Shown: in pieces, positions 54,101 through 64,000 of the stretch
How the letters are laid out: every line of letters starts with the position of its first letter
How positions within the stretch are numbered: position 1 is the first letter of the stretch
DNA from: Chrysomallon squamiferum
Taxonomy: Eukaryota; Animalia; Mollusca
Assembly (NCBI GenBank): GCA_012295275.1
Contig: CM022668.1
Span: forward strand, 1,116,001 to 1,180,000
DNA: 64,000 nt
Direction: 5' to 3'
Translations under genes and position numbers: made by a program
The notes under the pieces: generated by a model
Seen by the model: only the letters and a program-made list of their open reading frames with translations
What the model was told of the DNA's origin: nothing
Databases searched by the model: none

Positions 54101-57100
54101 CAAAACCAACAGCTGTAATGAAACTGAGAAAATATATCTTAGATTGTAATATGTCTTAATTACAATAGCATGTATCTTAATTATCATACACAGGTTATTA
54201 CTTCATTGTATATACTGTTTATTTTACCTGTCATGTTATGCCTGTGTTTTAATATTTCTTACCTTTCTGACATTTTCCTCCTTCAGGGTTTGCTGGTTGT
54301 GCAAGAAAAGACTGCAGTGTACAGAACCAGCCTGGGTCACACAAACCTGTAGGTTCAGTCATTCCCTGGGATGCGCAGTAGTAACCAGGAGAACATGGAA
54401 CACAAGATGATTCATTGTGCTGACCTGTACAATAAACATAGTGGATGGCTAAATGATGTTTTTCAGACAAAAATGTACTTTTAATAGTGGATTTTAGGTG
54501 CAATTTAAAAAATAAAATTTAATTTTAATTAATAACAATATAAGGTACTTTTTTAAATTCGAACATCTGCTCCTACTACTACTGCTACTACTACTATTAC
54601 TGCATTAGGAACAACACATTTTTTAAAAAATTAATTAATTTAAATAATTAATATACAAATAGACAAATAAATAAACAAATAAATAAACAATATTTAGTAA
54701 ATCAAATATTTCTAAACTAACCTGTGAGATTATTGAAAGTTCCTTTAGGACAGGGATACTGTATATCATTCTCAGTTCCATCTGGACAGAAGTGACCAGT
54801 TGGACATATTTTATCTGAATACATGCTGCTATTTGAAGTACAATAGTAACCTGATGGACAGGGGTCACAAGATGACTGTTTGCTTTTGTCCTGTTCAAAC
54901 ATAAAAACAAATATTTCTATCTGCTCCAGATATGTGAACACAAAATATATATGAAATTATGTAGATAATTAGAAGTAATGCTCTGTATATTACCTTAGCA
55001 TAATTTGTTAAACAGAAAGACAGACAAAATTATAGAACTGAAAAAGGAAAAGAATAAAATACTTGCCTGATATGTTCCAGCAGTGCAGCCCTCAGGAACG
55101 ACAGTGCCAGCAGGACACTTATAACCTGGTGGACAAATTCCCCCTTCACCTGTGTGATTTCCTGTTGGTGTCTGAGTATCAACACCAGAAGTGCAGAAAT
55201 AACCAGCATCACAGTCTCCTGCTGGTGCTGTCAAGTTGGTAGTGTCACAGTACTTTCCTCCTGAACACTGAAGGCACTGGCTAGATGTCTGAAGACCAAG
55301 GTTACTGCTATAAGTTCCTGCTGGACATGGTGTCCAGTTGCGTCCAGTTCCACCTGGACAATAGAATCCTGCAGGACATAGGCGATAGCCAGATGATGAG
55401 TTTCCTGAAAAAGAAAAATAATATTTTTTGTTTATTTATTATTTTTTTGAGAATAAAACAAGAGAAAAGCTTCTTGTAGCAAATAAATTAATTAAAAATA
55501 AATAATTCTCAGCACACATACATATGTTAAAACAATTAACAACAAACAATAATATTTACCTTGAATTACTTCCTCTGGAACACAGTAGAACCCAGGTGGA
55601 CACTGCAAGCAGGTGTCAGCCTGTGTGAAGTTGGTGAATGTTCCTGGGTCACATGGTTTGGGCTGGCCACTCCCAAGAGGGCAGTGAAGACCAATTGGAC
55701 AGGGTGTTTCTGCAGGGTTTGGCACACTGTTACCTCCCGGGCAGTAAAAACCTGCAGCACAATCCTCTACTGGAGCCAGCAGACCTGAACATTAAAAATA
55801 AATTTTTTTTAGACCAAAAAACTAATTTTTAAATTAAAACAGATGAATAAGGAAAACAATTATAAAACTAAAATATTTAAAACTAACATTCTGCCCGAAC
55901 ATTTTTAAGAAGACAGCTGACCTTTAATGAATAGGTATCTAAATATATAACATTTGACAAAGCCATTGGATTACTGAGCATATTTTGATTAATATTTATT
56001 TAATTATCATCTAAACATATAAATTAACAAACTACTGACCTGTCTGATTACAAAATTTTCCTTCATCACACAGAACACACTGGGAAGAATTGACCAGACC
56101 CTGGGTGGTTGAGTATGTTCCTTGTGGACAGGGTGTGGGTGAGCCTGACCCTTCAGGGCAGTATCTACCTTCTGGACAGATGATTTGTTGAGAGTTGTTG
56201 GATCCCAATAGGCAGTAATAGCTGAAGCACAAACAAACAAATAATAAACAAACAAGCAAATAAATAAATAAATAAATAAAATAAATAAAATAAAATAAAA
56301 TAAAATAAAACTAAATAAATAACTAAATAAAATAAAATAAAATAAAATAAAATAAAATAACTAACTATATATATAAATGAAATTTCTATCTGAAATCAAA
56401 GTATGAATAAAGGACTAAGCATATTATGTGTTTAACAAACCTTTAGTGTAATTTATATCACAACACATTTAATGTAAGCCTGTCTAGATTTTCGTTTGTA
56501 CAAAATAAGAAAACAAGGTTGAAAAATCTGTCATTCATTATTATCACAAATAATTGATCAAAATCTTAAATGAAATTATCACTTTAAAGTATACAAGCAA
56601 TACTTAGACTATTTGAAACATAGAAAATTTTCAAGAGAATGAGATCTACATACAATTTTACCACCAGAAATTCCAACAAGTGGAATCTACCGACTATTAA
56701 CAAATTATTTTTCTTTATTATTTTATTCTAACAGATGTGATAAGAACAAACCCTGCATCACACAGTCCTGAGACTTGAAGCATGCCAGTGTCCTGACAGT
56801 AACTCCCAGCTGTACATAGTGTACATTCTGATTCTGCTCCCAGTCCTGTTCTGTTGTTGTATGTTCCTTTAGGGCAAGGGACTGGTTCAGAGGTCCCTTC
56901 AGGACAGTAATGACCAACTGTACAAGTATTAGCATCCAAGCCTGATCACAAATGAAATAAAATAATGTTCAGTGTCTAGTTCCATGTACTTCTTGAAACA
57001 TAATAAAACATTTTACAAATGTGATTTGAAGATCAACTGACAATTTTAACTTTTAATACTTCAATGATCTAATTATATTGATTATATTTAGATTAAATAC

Positions 57101-59417
57101 ACATTAAAATTTAGATGAACAATAAAAATAAAAATCACAGTTCAGAACTTTGTATATATGCCATATGATATGTTCAGAACCATTACATTAAATACATTGC
57201 TTTCCTTTCTATGAATTATTCTGTCTGTGAAGTGTTATACCTTGATCAGGGGTTGAAGATTTAGCATTCTGTTTGCAGTAGTACCCTGCTGTACAGAGAG
57301 ACTGTGGAGTGACGATTCCAGGAGTAGGACAGTAGTATCTTGACAGACATGGGGAACAGTCTGAGTCTGTCTGTAGACCTGAACACACAAACACACATAA
57401 TTAATTCACCAAACACAGATAATTAATTCACCAAACACACATAATTAATTTACTTCAGTCAATCCATATTTCTAATGAAAATACCATGAATTCACTTTGA
57501 CAGTTATGACATAGTTAAACATTATGATTAAATCCAGGATTTACCCATAGTGTTTAACTACATCAGTTTCTTTTATTACCAGTCTACGTAAGTGACAGTT
57601 ATAATATGTGTTTTGTTCAACAAATTATTTAATAAAAAATAATTAGTAATATTTCAACTCAAAAAAAACTTCAGTGACATCTGATAAACTTGAAGTATCC
57701 CATTATCCTATTTAATATATCACTAATGCATCAAATTAAATAAATAAAATTAAAAATAAGTAACAGTTTAAAGTGTCATAATTTTATATATATATATATA
57801 TGAAATAAATAATATGTGATAAATTATGAAATTTGAATGATATAATTAATTTAAAAATACTTTAAACAAAGGACTGATTCAATGTTCATAAAATTAGTTT
57901 GAATCTTCTTGCCTGTTAAGTTGCTGAAAGTTCCAATAGGACATGGATGCTCATTGGCGTATCTCGTCCCTGGTGGACAGAAATGACCCATAGGGCAGAC
58001 AGTGGTAGAGTTGTCAAGAATCACAACAGACATAGTGTTATCACAGAAATAGCCAGCTGGACATGTTTTACACACATCCTGAGTTGTCTCATCTTGGTAA
58101 GTCCCATTCTCACATCTGATTGGCTGACTCACCCCAGAGGGACAGTAATGACCAACAGGACACCTGTAATCCAAATGAAAGAACATCACAACACAAATTT
58201 CATAAAATATCAAAAGTGAGATATAAGAGCAAAGTATTTCACTGTAGACATTACCATGATGTTGTGCAAAGAAATATTTAAATTTAAAAAAATAATTTTT
58301 CCTTGTTTTAAAAATTAAGACTGGTCTGTTATATTTTATCTTGTTGAAAGCTGAAATTTTAGTTTTTCAGTTACTAATAAATATAATTTATAGATGTGCA
58401 TACATATAACATACAGAAGCATTATTTATAAGAATATTGTGTTATGAAATATTTCTTTATCTGAACATGTTTGAAAGTGAGTATTATCAAGTGAAATACT
58501 GAAGTACTGACTGTGTGTCGTGTGGAGTGGATGTGTTCTGACCGCCAGGGCAGTAATACCCAGCACTGCAGTCCCCTGTTGTGCTGTCCTGACCTGACCC
58601 TGAACAGTAGCGCCCTCCAGTACACAGCTTGCAATCAGTGCCCTTCACCTGCTGAGTGACATCCAAATAATAGCCAGGGGGACACGAGGTTGTGATTCCA
58701 CTCCCTTCAGGACAGTAGTGTCCAACAGGGCAGACGTTGCCAGTGACTCCATCAGTAGGTGTTGAGGTTGTAGCATTCATAATGCAGTAGTAGCCTTAGA
58801 AACAAGATATAAAAATTAAGTGCTGTACTTATTAGCACGATATTTCTGAAAAAAAAAATACTGTGATTACAAATAAAATTTCCAAAAGGATATAAAATGA
58901 AAGACAAATTTTCTATAACAAAAATATTTAATACAAAATCACATTAAGTTAAACATAATAAAAATGAAATTAATAAAGTGCATACACTACATACAACACA
59001 ACAAGATGACAAAATACTTAGTTTTTACCACAATATTTTGTTTTCATAGAAAAAAAAGAAGAAAAAACCCTTTGTCTAAATATAAGTTTTATTAATTCAA
59101 AAATGTTTCAGTAGACATTGCAATGTTCATGTTTCGGGTTTTTTAACAATATATTTTTGCATGTGTCTTATGTGCTTTTTGTCTGTAGGTTCATGTGTTT
59201 TGTTCAAAAATAACAATTATATTAAAAGAATGAGTAATCTCTGACCTGCTGTGCAGTTTCCTGTGGGTGAGGAAAGTCTGGTAGTCTGACAGTACTTGCC
59301 AGGGTCACAAGACTGAGGAGATGATGATCCTAGAGGACAGTAAGATCCTTCAGGACACTCGCCTCCTTCAGGAGCTGATGGTGTTGAAGTGCTGGCATTT
59401 GAAGTGCAAAACCACCC

Positions 59418-59454
<37 letters not shown>

Positions 59455-62400
59455 GTAGTAGTAGAAGCAGTAGAAGTAATAATAAAAATAACAACAACAA
59501 TAATAAAAAAGAAGAAGAATAAAAGAAGAAGAAGAACTATAATAAAGATCAAGAAGTAAACAAGAATAATTATATAATTCTTTAAAAAAAATTTATTATG
59601 ATAGTAAACAAGAATAATTAATATTCTTAAAAAATAATGGTAATTATTTTTTTAAACTTAAAGAGTAATTAAAATTCTTTCTAAATTTACATTTTAATCT
59701 TATTTTGATTGTTCATTTATACACTAGTTGATGATGTTATTATTATTATTTTGTGTCTGAATCAGTATTCACCTTCAGAGCATTTTCCGGTTGGATAACT
59801 CAAACCACTGGTTTCACAGTAATCTCCTCCTGGACAGGGGAGACAATCTTCAGTGCTTCTGGCCATTGTAAGATTGTAATAGGTTCCAGCTGGACAAGGA
59901 AACTGATTGGCTGATGTTGTTCCTGGTGGGCAGTAGTAACCAGGAGGACAGGGGGTTTCAAAAAATGTGTCTGCTCCTGAAATAAAAAAACAATATTAAA
60001 ATACCATTATTTTTTAATATTTTAATAACATATATGAACAACAAAAACAAAAAACCTATTTTATCACTGTTTTATTTTTATTTTATATCATTTTGTCATA
60101 ATGGATTTAATATTTAATATCAATTATTTTATTTATTAGACCTTGTATGAAAATTTTGTATTTGTTAGTGGTTTCTCTCTCTTGTATAGTTTTCAAATTT
60201 ATAAAGTTATAAATGTGTACTAAGTATATATCATGCTGTTTTGGGGTTTTTTTTTAACCTGTCTTTAGGATGCATGTATTTTCATTTTAGAAAAAATTTC
60301 ATTATTACCTTCTAAACAGTAAAATCCTGGTGGACACTGGACACAAGCAGCCAAGCCAGTTGTGTTACTGAAAGTACCACTTCCACAAGGTAAAGGTTGG
60401 GTTGTACCCTGTGGACAGTAATGACCTACTGGACAAATGCCTCCAAAACCTGTTTCATCTCCAGGCATCTTACAGGTTGTATTTTCCAAGAAAGTTTCAT
60501 TGCCACTGGGCCTGGGTCTGTCTACTCCATACACACAGAAATATCCCTCATCACAAGGTCCTGCAGGTTCAGTTGCAGCCAGGGTATCACAGTACTGGCC
60601 ACCAGTACATGGTTTACACTGGTTCTCCACCGACAGACCAGTTTCGTTGTTGTAGGTTCCCCTAGGACATGGCTGCATGTCACTGTTAGTTCCAGCTGGA
60701 CAGAAATAACCTTGAGGACAAAGTGCTACCAAGTTTCCATCAGCACAGTACCTTTAAAATAAAAAAAGTACATGATTTTCTGATACATTCGTAATTCAAA
60801 TTTAAATTATATTTTTATTTTATATCTAAATCACCACAGTAAATTCTTAACATTATTATATTATGTAGTATTAACATTTTTTAATTTTAAAGAAGCATGG
60901 GAGATAACTCACCATCCAGCTGTACAGATATCACATTCAGATGCCATTGTGTGATTCATAAATGTCCCATTTGCACATGGCACTGGTTCAGATGAGTTGA
61001 GTGGACAGTAGTGACCAATAGTACACACAAATTCTGCTGGTCGAGATGTGTTCTGGCCAGGTGGACAGTAGTATCCTGGTTCACAAGGGCCAGATGTTGT
61101 GTTCAAGCCCTCATCAGAACAGTACTGACCAGCCAGACAGGGAGTGCACTGGTCAGAGGAGTTTAGTCCTTCGTATGGATTGAATGTTCCCTGAGAAGAA
61201 CAACAACATCAACATCATCAACAACATTACATTCTGAATGTTCCCTCAGAGAAACAGTCTCATCAACAAAAATAAAGTTTGAATGCTCCTTAAGACATAA
61301 TGTTCTTTGAGATAATAAAAACATTTTTTAGTAGAGATATTTGTAACATATATATATAGTGTGAAATCAATATTGAAATCAACTGAGGCAGTAACAGTTT
61401 TATTGTGTTGGTCACTGTAACACAAAGGCTGGTGGAAATTTGAAAATCTTAAATAAAAAATGGGCATCATAAAAATTACTGGAACAGGATGATTCAAAGT
61501 ATTTTAGTGTGGCATATATTCATTTCAGATTAATTACAAAAATAAATTTTGTTGATTAAAATTTACAACCATTTATTTAATTTGTTAAATTTTCAGCTAT
61601 TTTAATTTAAATTATTTATGAAGATGTTAGAGATAGTAATTGATATTAAAGTATACACTTGGACATCTCTGTGGTGTTCCCACTCCTTCAGGGCAGTAGT
61701 TCCCAACAGTACAGATCTCACTGGTTTTTGTTCTTGAACCCTCAACACAGAAATATCCAGCTGAACACAGACCTAGACAAATAAACACAGCAAAGTTCTA
61801 ACAAATGTGTCACAGTGAATGATAGAATAAGCTATCATCATCATTTGAAACATTAAATCATTCGTTAATCATATAGCAGGTTTTGTATCTAGTGATTCTC
61901 AAACACACAGTCCTTGTTTTAAGAAAATATTGAACAATAAATCATTACACAGAATATTTCATATTGGCACTTGTTATTTTTATGAAACTGACAGAAAATA
62001 CTCATTGTATTAACCTTCATTAGTTGTCAAGCCTGGAGTCTGACAGAAGTATCCTGCCTGACAAGGAGTGCATTCTGTATCATTGCGGAGTCCTTCTGTA
62101 GCTCCAAATGTTCCTGGTGGACAAAGAATAGGATCTGCTGTTCCTTCAGGACAATATGAACCTGGAACAGATTTATAATGGTTTATTCTAACATTTTATT
62201 TGTTGGAGGTATAATTTATTTCAAGTATTGTTAACATAAAGGAATATATAGGCATGGACTTTATGAATGCTTAAGATCTGCTAAGAGGACAGTTAATTTA
62301 AATTATTAGTAAAGTATGTTTTTTAATCCCTTTATTAAATGACTTCTTGTAATCAAAACAAGACTTTATCCATGAATTGTTACTAATATTTTCTTCTTTG

Positions 62401-63693
62401 ATCTAAATCTACATACACTACATGTATCAGTAGACATATTTCTGAAGAAAATTAAATTCAGGATACAATATTAAAATTTAGATATTTAAAAACAGATGGA
62501 AAAAGTCACCTTGTGGGCAGATATCTGCATCTCCTGTCTGGTTTGGTGACTGATACATTGCATATCTCTTGCAGTAGTAGCCTGCTGAACACAGAGCTGT
62601 AGGTTCTGCCTGTCCAACAACTCCACAGAAATACCTGGCAGTGCATGGGGTACAACTTTCACTTACATTCAGTCCAGTGTTGTTGCTGAATGTTCCTAGT
62701 GGACATGGGTATTGATCTCGCCGCTGAGTTCCTGCAATTAGAACCCACATTAACTGACTAACATCAGTAGAGCATGAAAATCATTCAAAAGATTTTATTA
62801 ATGTTTACTATCATCATCTTATTTTTTTAATAAAAAAACTTCAGAACTTCCAAGTGTAATGGGAATAATATTCCATTACTATGCTACATGATCATATTTA
62901 AACGTTTATTTACCTTTAGGACAGTAGAATCCTTCTGGACATTTGACTGTGTCATTGATGACTACCACCCCTAAACTGTTGTCACAGAAATAACCTGCTG
63001 GACACAATTCACATGTTGACTGGCCTGTGTTCTCTTGAAAGTATCCACTTGGACAGATGCTAGGGGAGGCTGTGTGTTCAGGACAGTAATGACCAACTGT
63101 ACACAGATTTTGATTTGGAGTCCTTTCACCTTCAGGGCAGTAATAACCAGCTGAGCAATTTCCTGTTATTTAAATAACAAGATGAAAACAACATTTTAAC
63201 ACAAACTGATAATTGTATTTAAAACAAAAAAAATATGGCATAATAGTCTTTTAATTTTTTAACAAGGTAACAGAAATTAAGTTTAAAAAGTATACGTAAT
63301 TAATAGAATACAGCATATAACGCTTTTCTAAAACTGAAGAAAAATGAGGTTAATTTTTGTCTTCATTAGTCAATCAATGAATTTTTCACCTGATGTTGCA
63401 GTCATGTTGTAATCACCACAAAACTCTCCAAATGAACAAGGTACGCAGTCTGAGGCCTTTGTGTTTCCAGTACTAGAACTGTATGTGCCAGGATCACAGG
63501 GAACTGGACTGGAAGATCCTTCACTGCAGAAGTGACCTGCAGGACAAATGTCACCAGTGCTGCCATCTGCAGGAGATGATGTTGTAGCTCCTAAAATACA
63601 GTAGTAGCCAGCAGAACAGTTTCCAGTAGGTTTGGTCTAAGCCAGCTGTTTGACAGAACTGTCCACCTGGACAGCGCTGAGGGTCTGATGATC
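16791..63693 (-). CDS. Giant type I membrane protein with Cys-rich GCC2/GCC3 (ephrin-receptor-like) repeats, one TM helix and a long coiled-coil tail; 5'-partial, 82 exons and ~6,500 aa in window
   Basis: 82 exons were delimited by AG and GT/GC sites, and consecutive exons agree in phase. Summed coding length is ~19.5 kb, ending at TAA 16791-16793. The 5'-most exon starts at an acceptor, so the gene continues beyond the window. One +1 frameshift lies at ~63633. From memory the architecture resembles uncharacterised zebrafish si:ch211-286b4.4 / mouse Gm9195-type proteins and giant ciliate/oomycete GCC-repeat proteins (not verified). Confidence 0.9.
19181..24423 (-). CDS. Giant gene exons 71-77: charged coiled-coil tail
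   Basis: Exons 24175-24423, 22566-22799, 21977-22147, 21506-21661, 20859-21131, 20157-20485, 19181-19761. Mostly phase-0 junctions, E/Q/R/K-rich. Confidence 0.88.
23842..23853 (-). other. Candidate 12-nt microexon (GDGK) of the giant gene
   Basis: The minus strand reads ttgattttcaatttcag|GGTGATGGCAAA|gtaggt. Phase 0-0, matching flanking exons 71 and 72. Confidence 0.5.
24829..26825 (-). CDS. Giant gene exon 70 (1997 nt), mainly coiled coil
   Basis: Lies within the 724-aa ORF 24673..26847, bounded by acceptor ttacag and donor AAG|gtaagt. E/K/Q/R-rich helical sequence. Confidence 0.92.
27028..31192 (-). CDS. Giant gene exons 63-69: proximal cytoplasmic coiled coil and DPxTG repeat region
   Basis: Exons 30798-31192, 30185-30458, 29667-29894, 28978-29313, 27871-28116, 27376-27549, 27028-27198. 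Motifs DPKTG, HPQTG, DPVT, DPVCG, HPSTG, DPVTG, DANSG, DQDTG and DSLSG are each followed by hydrophobic VPI/VLP strands. Confidence 0.85.
31462..34283 (-). CDS. Giant gene exons 58-62: membrane-proximal non-repeat domain, TM helix and stop-transfer
   Basis: Exons 34098-34283, 33427-33806, 32897-33059, 32329-32517, 31462-31663. The spliced sequence contains GRRRLL, YPIYDRNNLYNTNTKFDYGGFREL and FAYRFKDPGVYVF, then WQIIFILLAAGFLVMILMLLLLVLF followed by RKYGW (positive-inside). Confidence 0.88.
33227..33450. repeat. Diverged ~34-bp tandem repeat spanning a splice donor
   Basis: About 6-7 copies of actaacctgtcatatattggatagttgttacatg. The last copy is the real exon end and donor at 33427. Confidence 0.85.
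34615..49799 (-). CDS. Giant gene exons 28-57 in window: Cys-rich repeat ectodomain, continued
   Basis: Exons: 49619-49799, 49232-49354, 48709-48925, 48326-48504, 47847-48026, 47371-47543, 46836-47013, 46222-46515, 45599-45847, 45231-45383, 44717-44911, 43993-44495, 43441-43574, 42958-43172, 42452-42610, 41794-42025, 41151-41350, 40808-40978, 40201-40326, 39760-39960, 39242-39499, 38653-38865, 38390-38530, 38077-38246, 37584-37771, 36913-37064, 36140-36277, 35652-35906, 35233-35456, 34615-34776. Confidence 0.9.
34901..35190. repeat. (TA)n plus compound (TATG/TCTG/GATG)n simple repeat
   Basis: Direct reading; explains spurious ORFs at 34942-35273. Confidence 0.95.
36255..36530. repeat. 37-bp minisatellite (7 identical copies + 1 degenerate partial) spanning a splice acceptor
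   Basis: Unit cattgacatattgcagtaatatcctagagtgataaaa starts at 36255, 36292, 36329, 36366, 36403, 36440 and 36477, with a partial copy at 36514. Confidence 0.97.
37132..37350. repeat. 20-bp intronic minisatellite, ~11 copies
   Basis: Unit tctatactaatttcactaga, with variant tcaatactaatttcactaga at 37201 and 37281 and one copy with a 3-nt deletion. Confidence 0.95.
40068..40103. repeat. (TG)n microsatellite
   Basis: Direct reading. Confidence 0.95.
40408..40590. repeat. Compound (TCTG/TCTA/TCCA)n simple repeat
   Basis: Direct reading. Confidence 0.9.
47140..47185. repeat. (TG)n microsatellite
   Basis: Direct reading. Confidence 0.95.
48091..48133. repeat. (TG)n microsatellite
   Basis: Direct reading. 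Confidence 0.95.
50188..63693 (-). CDS. Giant gene exons 1-27 in window: Cys-rich CPxGxYCP repeat ectodomain
   Basis: Exons: 63390-63693, 62914-63162, 62510-62731, 62015-62161, 61657-61772, 60913-61190, 60309-60751, 59773-59976, 59246-59416, 58512-58794, 57913-58163, 57241-57378, 56752-56941, 56040-56221, 55560-55784, 55067-55404, 54722-54890, 54263-54424, 53688-53840, 53290-53469, 52782-53003, 52349-52459, 51795-52028, 51358-51483, 50880-51041, 50584-50719, 50188-50338. They translate to CPxG(Y/H/F)(Y/F)C repeats with many NxS/T sequons. Confidence 0.9.
56231..56360. repeat. (AAAC/AAAT/AAAAT)n simple repeat forming the polypyrimidine tract of an acceptor on the minus strand
   Basis: Direct reading; abuts the acceptor at 56222-56223. 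Confidence 0.9.
57389..57450. repeat. 22-bp tandem repeat, ~3 copies, next to an acceptor
   Basis: aaacacacataattaattcacc repeated just inside the intron beside the acceptor at 57379-57380. Confidence 0.8.
59419..59535. repeat. (AAT)n/(GTA)n/(AAC)n/(AAG)n compound trinucleotide tract abutting an acceptor
   Basis: Direct reading; (TTA)n runs directly into the AG at 59417-59418 on the minus strand. Confidence 0.9.
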
Positions 63694-64000
63694 CTGAAAA
63701 TGGTGACAAAAGAGTTGATAAAGGGAGTAAACTAACACTGACATTTTTATATTTGTATTGGTGATAAAAGTGGTGAACATTTTAAAAATATTTTGAAATT
63801 GTTATTTCAATGATGTGTTTTTCTGCATTCATTATTAAATATTATATTTTAATATCTTATTAATAAAAACTTTTCTTTTTGAACCATACATTAATCAGTA
63901 AAAATCTTATTTTGTTTTCTAATGAAACTGAAATATAATATTCTTTGGATAATATATATTATTATACTTTATAGAAAGCAATTATTTATTAACTTTTTAT

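Noticed and set aside
18057-60762. Numerous + strand ORFs and alternative-frame - strand ORFs overlapping giant-gene exons
   Set aside because: Antisense or off-frame shadows of GC-richer coding exons; no independent gene structure.
34615-63693. Calling the Cys-rich gene a known receptor (Eph, SCUBE, SVEP1, furin-like convertase, MEGF, laminin)
   Set aside because: Only the generic Cys-rich repeat is shared. No kinase, CUB, sushi, subtilase or laminin domains were seen, so no gene symbol is given.

Overview
AT-rich, microsatellite-rich eukaryotic DNA with spliceosomal introns. The neuropeptide sequence points to a mollusc, probably a gastropod (inference). Three genes can be supported. (1) A + strand cholecystokinin/sulfakinin-type neuropeptide precursor at 8057..8464. 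(2) A two-exon + strand gene (12227..12416 + 13229..13557, 172 aa) whose single C2H2 zinc finger is split by the intron. It sits behind an E2F/E-box/CCAAT promoter and a long perfect hairpin, and its intron holds a candidate poison exon. (3) The 3' ~47 kb of a giant - strand gene (63693 down to the stop at 16791, 5' end outside the window). I reconstructed 82 phase-compatible exons by hand, about 6,500 aa. The protein has a >4,100-aa Cys-rich (CPxGxYCP) ectodomain built from ~700-aa super-repeats, one TM helix, and a ~2,360-aa cytoplasmic tail with DPxTG repeats, long coiled coils and an HxxxH zincin-like domain lacking the catalytic Glu. Oddities in this gene are repeated tandem duplication of its own splice junctions, three GC-AG introns, a 12-nt candidate microexon and one apparent 1-nt frameshift. 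No RNA genes, CRISPR arrays or intact mobile elements were recognised. Family names come from recognition and memory, not database searches.
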